Shown: positions 1 through 8,745, counted from the stretch's first letter. The stretch: 64,000 nt of DNA from Bacteroidota bacterium (GCA_029561355.1 JAKQJD010000267.1:3299-67298), one strand, 5' to 3'. Numbers and translations: made by a program. The notes: generated by a model from the sequence alone, not told the origin.

Positions 1-416
1 AATATGCCGTCCACGCAGGTTGCCAGGATACCGTCCATATCCAATCCGCTTGCCGGTAAACCACTTTTTTCTGCGACGCGGCTTATTCCGGTTGTCTGAT
101 ACCGTTCCGATCGGGCTGCGTCGGCAATGGGCCCGGGGCTTAAAAAGTTGATTAACTGGGGCTTGTCCATGGATGGACTAATAATCTGGTCAATCGTTCT
201 TCCAAAATAATCGGCAATGCAGAACAAAGCGTCTATTCGCGGCATTGCTTCTTCCGTTTCATAATTGACGATGGAAGTGCGTTTCAGTTGAATATCGTAA
301 TCCTTGTATTTATCGTTCAGCGCGTCTGCAAGTTTTGCTTGTGTCAGGTCTCTCTTCGTGCGAAGATTTTGCAGGTTCTTTGCAAAATTCTTTTTCAATG
401 TATTTCCAAGGCTCAT
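1..416 (-). CDS. XRE-family helix-turn-helix transcriptional regulator (partial; C-terminus runs off the window start)
   Basis: My own translation of the minus strand from the ATG at 416-414 gives MSLGNTLKKNFAKNLQNLRTKRDLTQAKLADALNDKYKDYDIQLKRTSIVNYETEEAMPRIDALFCIADYFGRTIDQII... This is a typical HTH_3 pattern (LTQ..LA......S.I..YE.G...P....L..IA..F). It is absent from the ORF track because it stays open to the window edge. Confidence 0.7.
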   Translation of the reverse strand, partial: MSLGNTLKKNFAKNLQNLRTKRDLTQAKLADALNDKYKDYDIQLKRTSIVNYETEEAMPRIDALFCIADYFGRTIDQIISPSMDKPQLINFLSPGPIADAARSERYQTTGISRVAEKSGLPASGLDMDGILATCVDGI

Positions 417-690
417 GGTACACGGTCGTGTGGTATGAATGCGGATTGTTAAAACCTCGAGGCAAGGTTAGGCTTGCCTGATCCATTAAATGAGGGAGTA
501 GCGTGACTGCACCCGAACTATTTCCGGATACAGGTTCTACAAGGGCCAAAGTAAGGCATTTAAATTGACGTTGTCAAGATGGCTGTCTTTTTTTTCGACG
601 AATTTTGATGCATTTAATCGAGATATCTAATTTTTTGGTTAAAATAATGTTAAGATGAGTGTATTAAGTTGGCTTTGACTTAACGTATTA

Positions 691-698
691 TACCTTTG
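691..698 (+). promoter_or_regulatory. Candidate Bacteroidota -7 promoter box (TAccTTTG)
   Basis: tacctttg matches the TAnnTTTG consensus. A TTG lies about 19 nt upstream (669-671). No protein-coding ORF follows on the plus strand before the terminator at 875-912. Confidence 0.3.
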
Positions 699-874
699 TC
701 GAAGGTTTAAAACCCTGACCCCCAAAATACCGCTGCCTGCTCCACCACACGGCTAATAAATCCCATTGTCAGCGTAGAAGTTCCGGGCAGGCAGCAAATT
801 CTTTGATATTCCTCTTCTGTGAATAAAGGATTATTATACGGGACGTTTCTTACCTATGAAGCTAATTTAAATGT

Positions 875-912
875 CAGGCGGCGCGCGTAGATAGCGCCGC
901 CTGCTCTATTTT
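875..912 (+). terminator. Rho-independent terminator-like hairpin
   Basis: 10-bp GC-rich stem caggcggcgc / gcgccgcctg with a 9-nt loop, followed by ctctatttt on the plus strand. Confidence 0.5.
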
Positions 913-1076
913 AGAGCGTGTTCGGGATTTTTTTGCCGGCCTGAAAAGTGGCTTTTTCGCCTGCTTTTTCACCTTTTTTCATTTACATAGTCACCGCTAT
1001 GCGCATGAAAAAAACGCGCAAAACAGACAAAAAATCCATCTTTTCAAGCGCCGGCAAAAAATCCCGAATACGCTCT
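913..1076. repeat. About 27-bp inverted-repeat arms (913-940 and 1050-1076) enclosing about 109 bp; a REP/MITE-like element
   Basis: The left arm agagcgtgttcgggatttttttgccggc is nearly the exact reverse complement of gccggcaaaaaatcccgaatacgctct. A compact copy of the same arms forms a simple hairpin at 63269-63317. Confidence 0.6.
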
Positions 1077-1778
1077 TAGCCCGTTCCGCTCTTCCCATTT
1101 CAGGGTATTTACACCTTTTAAAAGCAACCACAAGGCCAGTGATAATTCCGCAATAAAGGCGGGAATCAGAATGGCCGGGAAAATCATGTCTGAGACCGCG
1201 GGAGCAAGCAACAAGACAAAACTATTGGTCAGGTAGCACAACCCGGCGATTTGCATCAGAACGCCCAGGATTTTGGGCAGATAACCGGACCGCACAATCA
1301 AATATCCCACTATCAGGCATTCGATACCGAAAAATATCAGCCCGACGCCCAAACCGTATCCATGCGCTTTAATCGCCAGATAAGCCATCACGTGCAGTTG
1401 CTGCGGTTGGAAAGCATTCAGGTAGAGGGCGCCTCCCAGCGGAAACAAGGCTGTTACCAGATTTAATTTATTGACAACGAGCACGATGGTCTGCACCACG
1501 TTAAAAAGTACGGCAAGCAAGGCCAGGTTCCTGTTCACCGGCCTGAGCAGAATGTACAAGATCAGGATCAACGGGATATCGCAGATGTGCATGATCAGGT
1601 CGCCGGCGATACTCGCGCGCCACAACGATTCCGATGCGAGCAGGTTTTTCGCCGTGGCGGTCAGATCGTCCGGCAGAACCAGTTGGCTTCTGACCATCCC
1701 GCCTAAAACGCCCGCAATAATGATAAGGAGGTAGAGTATTCCACCGATTCTGGCGGTTTTGTTGATCAAACTTTCCAT
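1044..1778 (-). CDS. DUF4386-like integral membrane protein
   Basis: 244 aa with multiple hydrophobic helices. The N-terminal pattern (KTARIGGILYLLIIIAGVLG ... SIAGDLIM) is typical of the DUF4386 family. Confidence 0.65.
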   Translation of the reverse strand: MESLINKTARIGGILYLLIIIAGVLGGMVRSQLVLPDDLTATAKNLLASESLWRASIAGDLIMHICDIPLILILYILLRPVNRNLALLAVLFNVVQTIVLVVNKLNLVTALFPLGGALYLNAFQPQQLHVMAYLAIKAHGYGLGVGLIFFGIECLIVGYLIVRSGYLPKILGVLMQIAGLCYLTNSFVLLLAPAVSDMIFPAILIPAFIAELSLALWLLLKGVNTLKWEERNGLRAYSGFFAGA

Positions 1779-1974
1779 GGAAAATGAATTAGTTCGATCA
1801 ATGTCGTGCGTTTAAATTCAGGGGATATTTATTATCGTTTAAATGGATCGAAATGACGATTAAAGGAGGGATGTATTGGATAACGTGTTAACAGTACATG
1901 AGCAAGCATCATTCTCTTGTGTCCCAAATCGCTCTGGAAAAAATGCGCCACATTTTTTCGGGCGACTACAACTT

Positions 1975-2463
1975 TTAAAAAGTTCTTTTCAACGTCATCA
2001 CCTTTGATGTATGAATTTTATTCCACAGCATTTCTTCTTCGAATTGGGCTACCAGAAATCTTTTTTTCCTGCCGTAATAGTCTTTAGTGATTAAGAAGAG
2101 CACATCATCTTTTATTCTGAATTTTACCTTGTAATAATTATCGCCGCTGACGTGCTTGATACCTGGCTCTTGACATATATGGTTGATAGCCAACCTGAAA
2201 TGCGACCTGTTATAAAATTTCCACTCCATAAAATGACAACATTTTTGTGGGTCATACAAGTAATCTGCATGATTGTAAACCTTGAATGCAGCCTTTTTGA
2301 AATAAGAACTGTCGTCATTGCAGATGTACCATCGGCCTGCCAACCCATTGTTCTTTTTGCTTTCAATAAACGCCCGGACAATTTCTTTTTTCATTTTGCG
2401 CGGGTTCTGCGCCTCGGATTGAAGTGCAAAAAAGATCAATGTAAAAATCAGTAGCCTTTGCAT
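1975..2463 (-). CDS. Hypothetical secreted protein
   Basis: 162-aa ORF with an N-terminal signal peptide (MQRLLIFTLIFFALQSEAQ). AT-rich relative to its neighbours. Confidence 0.55.
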   Translation of the reverse strand: MQRLLIFTLIFFALQSEAQNPRKMKKEIVRAFIESKKNNGLAGRWYICNDDSSYFKKAAFKVYNHADYLYDPQKCCHFMEWKFYNRSHFRLAINHICQEPGIKHVSGDNYYKVKFRIKDDVLFLITKDYYGRKKRFLVAQFEEEMLWNKIHTSKVMTLKRTF

Positions 2464-2514
2464 TGGATAAAAGCATTTTCAGCATCCGTTTGATAAATCT
2501 GGCGGGCATACACC

Positions 2515-3414
2515 TCAACGCGTCACAATCACCCCGTCCTCCGCATAATTCTTCTTGATATTCACCAATATCTGGTGCAGCGTCTCCGCCGCCAGTCCGT
2601 GCAACACCAGCCGGTACGCTGCATTGTAGGTCGTGGCCGGTACCATGGGGTGTTTGTTATTGATGAGGCCGATATGCGCCGGGCTGCTCAAAATCTGGGA
2701 GGAATAGATCGCGATGGTTTCATCCAGTTGCAGCGAATTGCTGGCCCGGATAAAGTCGTTGTACGTCAGGAACAACTGGTAAAACGGCGTAAATACCTCG
2801 ATGGCCGATCGTAAATCCAGCACATTGGTCCATTTATTCGGAAAATCGATGTGCGGAAACTGGTCGTCGGTGATAAACGTCAGGTCCAGTTTTTCCTTCG
2901 GCATCACCGAGATTCTCTTTTCGTTCAACTGGCTGTTGAGGCGGATAACGAAGTTGTACAGGTTGAGGTCGTGCAGCAGGAACAGGTCTTTTTTGACGTC
3001 TTCGAAATTCACCGGTTTCAGCGGATTGGTTTCCACCTGCACGTGGTCGATGTTTTTGGAAATAAATTCCAGGATTTCGCTGCCTACCCAAAAGTGTCTG
3101 AATATCAATAAATTAGCATCAGGACTTACGAAGGTTTTTAAACCCCAGGCCAGGATTCGGTGGAGGATTTTGGACGAATTCGGGAACCGCGGAATGAAGT
3201 ATTTGAAGATATAAATGAAGATCATCGTGATTTTCGACCACACCACAATCAGGGGTTGCAGGTAGCGGGCCGACCACGAATTGTTGTCGCGCATCAAAGC
3301 CAGTTTCGTCCGCGCATTGATCGGAATACTGTGATCCAGGTACAATGCCAGCCAGGGATTCGGGTCGCGCGGATCGTGTGTGGCGACATTGGTGAAAACA
3401 TCTTGTGGAGCCAT
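2515..3414 (-). CDS. Hypothetical protein, last gene of the lipid-modifying cluster
   Basis: 299-aa ORF on the same strand as 3477-6869. One hydrophobic segment (ITMIFIYIFKYFI). No motif recognised. Confidence 0.6.
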   Translation of the reverse strand: MAPQDVFTNVATHDPRDPNPWLALYLDHSIPINARTKLALMRDNNSWSARYLQPLIVVWSKITMIFIYIFKYFIPRFPNSSKILHRILAWGLKTFVSPDANLLIFRHFWVGSEILEFISKNIDHVQVETNPLKPVNFEDVKKDLFLLHDLNLYNFVIRLNSQLNEKRISVMPKEKLDLTFITDDQFPHIDFPNKWTNVLDLRSAIEVFTPFYQLFLTYNDFIRASNSLQLDETIAIYSSQILSSPAHIGLINNKHPMVPATTYNAAYRLVLHGLAAETLHQILVNIKKNYAEDGVIVTR

Positions 3415-3420
3415 CTTTTT

Positions 3421-3466
3421 GAATGATGAACGATGAATGATGAACGATGAATGATGAACGATGAAT
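3421..3466. repeat. Tandem repeat, 14-nt unit gaatgatgaacgat x3
   Basis: Read directly: gaatgatgaacgatgaatgatgaacgatgaatgatgaacgatgaat. The same words recur at 59896-59946. Confidence 0.9.
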
Positions 3467-3476
3467 TTTGACCCGG

Positions 3477-4247
3477 TTATTTCCGGAATTTCAACAGGCC
3501 CAGATGGGCGAAAAATTGCATTATTTGATAGCCGGCATCGATTTGCAGATACGTGTTTCCCAGATTGGCGCGGTCGGCGCGGTCGTGGTGATGCGCATGC
3601 CAGCCTTCACCAAAAGTGATATAAGCCAAAAACCTGTTGTTTCTGGCACGGTGAAAAAGCGCGCCCGGCTTCCCCGATAAATGTCCAATCGAATTGATCG
3701 AATCACCCAGATTATAAATGACGACGAAAGTAAGCCAGGTGGCCACAATACCGCTTGTTCCGAAACACGCGTATGCAAAAACAAGCAAAACCGTCGCGTA
3801 CAACCACATAATGCCTTGATAAACAAACTTCCGGCTCAGCCAACAGCAAAAGGGATCCTGCTGAATGTCCATAGCATTGTCGTTGTATTGCTGGTTGGTT
3901 CGGGGTCGCCAGTACCCGTCGAAATACATTCTGAAAACACCTGCCAACGCGTAAGCCAGGCAAATTAAAGCATTTTTAGAAGGAATATACCAGCCGCAAT
4001 GCGCGTACCGGAATCCGTCGAGTACCGGCGAATGCGGATCACCCGGCTTGTCGGCAAAGCGATGGTGCTGCCGGTGCGTGCCTACCCATTGTACCGGCGT
4101 GCCAGACGGTAGCGCCAGCACGAGCAACACTTTTTTGAACAGCGGTTGCAGGGAGGCGACCCGGTGCGTGAGTATCCGGTGGTACATAACGGATGCACTC
4201 AGGCCACCCAAACAATAAAGCACGAAACAATACGCCAGCAGGGCCAT
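3477..4247 (-). CDS. Acyl-CoA / acyl-lipid fatty acid desaturase (membrane di-iron, delta-9-like family)
   Basis: Three histidine boxes are present: HRILTH, HRQHH and HAHHH. Hydrophobic membrane segments. 256 aa. Confidence 0.85.
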   Translation of the reverse strand: MALLAYCFVLYCLGGLSASVMYHRILTHRVASLQPLFKKVLLVLALPSGTPVQWVGTHRQHHRFADKPGDPHSPVLDGFRYAHCGWYIPSKNALICLAYALAGVFRMYFDGYWRPRTNQQYNDNAMDIQQDPFCCWLSRKFVYQGIMWLYATVLLVFAYACFGTSGIVATWLTFVVIYNLGDSINSIGHLSGKPGALFHRARNNRFLAYITFGEGWHAHHHDRADRANLGNTYLQIDAGYQIMQFFAHLGLLKFRK

Positions 4248-4257
4248 TTTTTTGAGA

Positions 4258-6105
4258 TTAATAATTTCCCAGTTCCATCAACTGCATCTTGTACAAACGC
4301 GCCACGATCCGCGCCGTTTTCACTACACGTTTCGCTACGTCCATGGTCATCCGCGGGTGGTTCAGCGCTTTTTCCAGGTTTTTAAAATGCCCTTCGTCGG
4401 CCACACCATGGTAGGTGAAAAACGACACCTGGTCGTCGCGCAGACCCAATTGCTCCTGAATCATCACGCCCCAGAACGCCGCCAGCCGGTTGCCGATACC
4501 TTCGATGATAAACATGGCGCCCAGCAGATCGATCGGATTGGGCTGGCCGGCCTGGTGAAACATAAACGCCGTAAGTGCCTGACTGCCAATGTTTTTCTCG
4601 GCGCCTTCGGTCAGGTCTTCCACATTTTCGCCGAGCGCGGCGTAGTTGCGTTCCAGCATCTGGTAGTCCTTGTGTTCGGCAGCCGTGTGAACGATAAATG
4701 CCGAGCGCAGTTCGAACAGGTCGATGCTGATGTTGGAAGCGGCCCGCGAAATCCACTGCGAACCGTCGATCACCTGCTGTCGCAAATCCTTCAGCAACAG
4801 TTTGTAATCTTCGATGCTCATATGCCCTTCGTGGATTTTCCGCACGATGGGCACGGTCAGCAATTCCGTTTCAAAATCCACCCACACGTGCGTCAGTTGG
4901 CGCACCAACCACTCGGCCGTTTCGCTTTGTTGTAATTCGAGTTTGGGCGCTTCGATTTCACGGATCGGGAATGCCTTCTGGCTTTTTTCCTGCGGTATAC
5001 TTACCTTAAACTGCATAAACGAGGTAATCGACTGTCCGCTTTCCGGCACCATGCACAGGATTGTGTCGCCGTCGCGGAGCCGTCCGCTTTTAAACAGTTC
5101 GTCGACCATGATAAAAATGGATGCCGAACCCGTATTGCCTTTCGTGGTCAGATTGCTGAACCACTTGCTTTCCTCGATCACCACGCCGCCTTTGGCCAGC
5201 AGATCGCGGATGGGCTGCACGAATATTTCCGAGGAGTAATGGCAGCACAGCCAGTCGATCTTTTTGGGGTCGATTTTGCCCTCGTCGATGAGTTCGAAAA
5301 AGTGCGTCACGCCATTCTGGATCACCTGATCGAGTTTGCGGATGTCCTGTTTCAGGTTCAGGGCGCCTGCCTGCACGGCCGCTTCGTAGTTTTCGTAGTC
5401 GAGCCACGACTGCCCGTCCGTCGGCGTGGTTTTGCCCACATACATACACAGCGGGAAGTCGTTGGCGAAAGATTTCAGTGCCACCCAGTCGATTTTCAGG
5501 GCTGGCCTGTTGGCCGGTTTTTTGTTTTCCAGCAAAAACGCGCCGGCTCCGTCGGATAGCATCCAGCGCAAAAAATCGGTATCGAACGGCACCGATTTCA
5601 GGTTTTGTGTATCGAAACGCGAGGCTTTGAACAGCCGGCTCGACAAGTCGCTTCCCACGCACACGGCGCTGGTTTTTTCCCCGTTTTTCAGTTGCTGAAA
5701 CGCCGTTTGAATAGCCATCACCCCGCTCGAACACACGCTCTGAAAACTCGCCAGTTCGCAGCGCCCAAAACCAGAACGCGCATGAACCGTGCTGGCAAAA
5801 CCGGGCACGGGCAAGTCGCCTTGCGTGGTGCCGGTGGCCAGCAACTGCACTTTTTTCGGATCGAACGTGACGGCCTCCAGGGTGTTTTCAATGGCATGGG
5901 CTGCCAGATCTGCATTTTGATACAGGGTTTTCTGGTTTTTATCGATGGCGTAGTGGCGCGATTGAATGCCGTTTTGTTTCAGTACCCGGCTTTTGGCGGC
6001 GCTGGGACTTCCGTTGATACGTCCGAGGTAATCCTCCATTTCATCGTTGGAAATGGGCTCGCCCGGCAAAAAAACGCCGGTAGAAGTGATAAATACGTCG
6101 CTCAT
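4258..6105 (-). CDS. Fusion protein: KASIII (FabH-like 3-oxoacyl-ACP synthase III) N-terminal domain plus heme-oxygenase-like di-iron (iron-containing redox enzyme) C-terminal domain
   Basis: The N-terminal ~370 aa carry Cys/His/Asn triad contexts (QSVCSSGV, CCHYSS, KGNTGSAS). The C-terminal ~230 aa are helical with carboxylate/His pairs (HTAAEHKDY, FIIEGIG, YHGVADEGH). The start codon overlaps the upstream gene's stop (ATGA at 6102-6105). Confidence 0.8.
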   Translation of the reverse strand: MSDVFITSTGVFLPGEPISNDEMEDYLGRINGSPSAAKSRVLKQNGIQSRHYAIDKNQKTLYQNADLAAHAIENTLEAVTFDPKKVQLLATGTTQGDLPVPGFASTVHARSGFGRCELASFQSVCSSGVMAIQTAFQQLKNGEKTSAVCVGSDLSSRLFKASRFDTQNLKSVPFDTDFLRWMLSDGAGAFLLENKKPANRPALKIDWVALKSFANDFPLCMYVGKTTPTDGQSWLDYENYEAAVQAGALNLKQDIRKLDQVIQNGVTHFFELIDEGKIDPKKIDWLCCHYSSEIFVQPIRDLLAKGGVVIEESKWFSNLTTKGNTGSASIFIMVDELFKSGRLRDGDTILCMVPESGQSITSFMQFKVSIPQEKSQKAFPIREIEAPKLELQQSETAEWLVRQLTHVWVDFETELLTVPIVRKIHEGHMSIEDYKLLLKDLRQQVIDGSQWISRAASNISIDLFELRSAFIVHTAAEHKDYQMLERNYAALGENVEDLTEGAEKNIGSQALTAFMFHQAGQPNPIDLLGAMFIIEGIGNRLAAFWGVMIQEQLGLRDDQVSFFTYHGVADEGHFKNLEKALNHPRMTMDVAKRVVKTARIVARLYKMQLMELGNY

Positions 6106-6869
6106 TTTTTGGTTTTAGTGAAAAGATCGTCCATAAAATTGGTCAGAAAGCCGAATTTATGACCGGCTTTGCCGTGGTGGTCGTTGTGCTTGGTGGCAAA
6201 AAGCAGCCACCGCGGCCGGGTTTTGAGGATCAAACGGTAATTGGAATGCCCGCTGAAATTGATCAGAATGCTCACCGTCGGGAACAGCATTAGTGCCGCC
6301 GCCGAAAAATTGTAAAACGGCGCGATCACCAGCAACACGCTGCTCAACAACGCCGCCTCCACCGGATGAAAACTATATACGGAAAACACCGACGGCACGA
6401 CGGACTGGTGGTGTACGCGGTGCACGTGTTTCATAAAATAGGGCAGGTGCAGGAGGCGGTGGATCAGGTAAAAATGGATTTCATTCCAAAGCGTCAGCAC
6501 CAGCAGTCCCCATAACGTGTTGAGCAAGGTTATTTCGCGCAACTGAATGATATTCAAATTGATAAGAAATTTCAACGGCCAGGCGGAAAACCCGAAAATA
6601 AGGATCGAGTACAGGGATTGGCGCAGTTCGAAACGCAATTGTTCGCGTGTGTAAGGCCGTTCATTGATCTTTTCCGCCCAGCCCCGTTGCTGTAGGAGGC
6701 GGCAGGTTTTCCAGAACAGCCATCCGAGACCGAAGTACAAAAAAGCGAAATAGAGGGTGGTAAATAGCAGCAGTTCGCCGTAGGAAAAGGCGGTAAAAAT
6801 GGAATTGAAAAAAGTGGCTAACCAATGATTCATGCCGAAGGATGTGTTGGTGCAAGAGATGCGGCACAA
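6102..6869 (-). CDS. Fatty acid hydroxylase / sterol desaturase superfamily membrane protein
   Basis: Histidine boxes HRLLH, HRVHH and HNDHH. Multiple TM helices. The true start may be the internal Met at 6833 (MNHWLATFF). Confidence 0.8.
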   Translation of the reverse strand: MCRISCTNTSFGMNHWLATFFNSIFTAFSYGELLLFTTLYFAFLYFGLGWLFWKTCRLLQQRGWAEKINERPYTREQLRFELRQSLYSILIFGFSAWPLKFLINLNIIQLREITLLNTLWGLLVLTLWNEIHFYLIHRLLHLPYFMKHVHRVHHQSVVPSVFSVYSFHPVEAALLSSVLLVIAPFYNFSAAALMLFPTVSILINFSGHSNYRLILKTRPRWLLFATKHNDHHGKAGHKFGFLTNFMDDLFTKTKK

Positions 6870-6946
6870 AAGTGGGGCAAGAATGCAATGGGAAATCCGC
6901 GTCTTGTAATAATGAAATATTTATTTTTATTAAATATTATATTTGG

Positions 6947-8656
6947 TTACGGGATGTTAAAATTCTCATTGACCCGGTCGATCACAATCGCCAGCACCTT
7001 TTTGGCTCGGGAACTAGCCACGTACAATTCATTCAGGTGAGAAAACGACTGCCCTTTTGAAATAATGAGAATCCCGTCCGCTTCCAGGCCCTTAAAAGAA
7101 GACGTTTCCAGCACCGGGATCTCGTCGGGGTCATTGCTGATTTTTTCGCTGAACTGGTAAGTAATGTGCTTTTCGAGTCCGCTGCTCCAGTCGGCCTGAG
7201 CCAGAAATTTCAACAAAAAGTACTTCGTGATCGTGGCATCTACCATATTCAGATCGAGCGCTGCTTTGCCTTCCGATTCGATCCATTTAACACGGTTGGT
7301 GTTGGCAATTTGAACCCCGATTTTGGAAATCACGTGGTTCATATGGATTTTTTTGTACTCTTCCGATGCCAGTGTTTGTATTAATTCAATATCTCTGCTA
7401 TTGGGCAGTACATCATCACTGGCCGATTTTATTTTATCCAAAACGTCGTTGTTGAACCCCAGCAACCTGAATTTTTCTGAGAGTTCCCTTTTCCAGCCCA
7501 TGCCGATCGGAATAGAATGACTCACCATGCCGAATTCCCAGGTATTGATATCGAGGTCACCCGCAATTAAAACGACCGGATTTCGAATATTTTCCTTGCT
7601 TTTCATCCAGTGAATAGCACTGAATACCTTGCTTTTTAATGTGTTCGGATCGGAATAAACGAACAGTTTAACCTTGCCAAGATCTTTCATTTCCATCGAC
7701 GTTTCGGGCGACTGGTAATGAAAATTGGATTTGATGAACTCGTAAATTTTACCGCTGTTCCGACAGTTTTTGGATAGATCCACAATAGGTTCTTCTATCG
7801 GATATACTGAGCGGTAAGGCAGAAGCGCCTGATTGTCGTCGTGAAAAATATACAGGATTTGTTCTTTCCCTTTGGCGAGCAACGCTTCCACCACCAGCCA
7901 CCAGTCTTCCCTGAAATCCTGCGCTTCGTCGACGATTACCGCATCGAAGTGCATGTTTTTATTTTCAATAATCCGAAGCGCATGCTCGAGTTCTTCCTGT
8001 AGCGGTTCGTAATATTTGTTCCAGCCCATCTGCTGCATACTTTCGTACTCGTTCAGGTTCTGAATCAACTGGCCGAACGTGGTAACGAACACGCTGGAGC
8101 CTGAAACCAGGTTTTTGATCTTGTTCGAAAGATTGGGGTTGTGGCACAAAACGAGTACACTCATCCCCGTTTTCGACAAGCGGATTGCTTTCTCGGCAGC
8201 CACTAGCGTTTTCCCCGAACCGGCGCAGCCCGAAATCCGGACTTTTTTCATCTTGTTGATAAAGTTGAGCACCTTGAACTGCTCGTTCGTCAGTTTCTCG
8301 ATGGCCGAATCCAGGATGGCATTGTCAAATGAAAAGACGTTTTTTTCGGCGTGTTCCACCGGCGCCCGCTCCCTTGCCGTTGCCTTCGAAACCAGGCTCA
8401 AGAGGTCGTATTTGATCTTGTTTAGTGCCCTGCTCTCTTCATCGAACGACAGCACGCCCGCCCGCACTTTTTTATTCAGGGAAATCAGGTTGGATTTCAG
8501 AATGATCAACTCGTTTACGATTTCGCTGTGCTCTTCCTCATGGTAAAACAAATCGATGGCCTCCAGGACATTATCGTCGACAATTAAGTTTTTTACAGAC
8601 TCCTGATAATTATCCATGGCGCTTGAAATGACTTGATTTTTTGCGGGTACCAACAT
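6947..8656 (-). CDS. Superfamily-1 (UvrD/RecD-like) P-loop helicase with a distinct N-terminal helical domain
   Basis: Walker A GCAGSGKT. Walker B/DEAQ box AVIVDEAQDF. C-terminal helicase motif VASSRAKKVLAIV. The N-terminal ~95 aa form a separate helical module. The gene is visibly AT-richer than its flanks. The start may be the internal Met at 8617. Confidence 0.75.
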   Translation of the reverse strand: MLVPAKNQVISSAMDNYQESVKNLIVDDNVLEAIDLFYHEEEHSEIVNELIILKSNLISLNKKVRAGVLSFDEESRALNKIKYDLLSLVSKATARERAPVEHAEKNVFSFDNAILDSAIEKLTNEQFKVLNFINKMKKVRISGCAGSGKTLVAAEKAIRLSKTGMSVLVLCHNPNLSNKIKNLVSGSSVFVTTFGQLIQNLNEYESMQQMGWNKYYEPLQEELEHALRIIENKNMHFDAVIVDEAQDFREDWWLVVEALLAKGKEQILYIFHDDNQALLPYRSVYPIEEPIVDLSKNCRNSGKIYEFIKSNFHYQSPETSMEMKDLGKVKLFVYSDPNTLKSKVFSAIHWMKSKENIRNPVVLIAGDLDINTWEFGMVSHSIPIGMGWKRELSEKFRLLGFNNDVLDKIKSASDDVLPNSRDIELIQTLASEEYKKIHMNHVISKIGVQIANTNRVKWIESEGKAALDLNMVDATITKYFLLKFLAQADWSSGLEKHITYQFSEKISNDPDEIPVLETSSFKGLEADGILIISKGQSFSHLNELYVASSRAKKVLAIVIDRVNENFNIP

Positions 8657-8745
8657 TACCTGGCGGTGCGAGGAATACGTTAACCCAACCCGCTCAAAAA
8701 TAACAGGTTATCACAATATGAAATGTATTCATTGAAAAATTCCTG

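Noticed and set aside
310-549. 79-aa minus-strand ORF from the track
   Set aside because: It overlaps, in another frame, the edge-truncated XRE gene (1-416), whose translation shows a clear HTH motif. The 79-aa product has no recognisable features.
3421-3466. Possibility that the tandem word repeats or word hairpins are CRISPR arrays
   Set aside because: The units are 6-14 nt with no unique spacers between them, the arrays are under 130 nt, and no cas genes are present.
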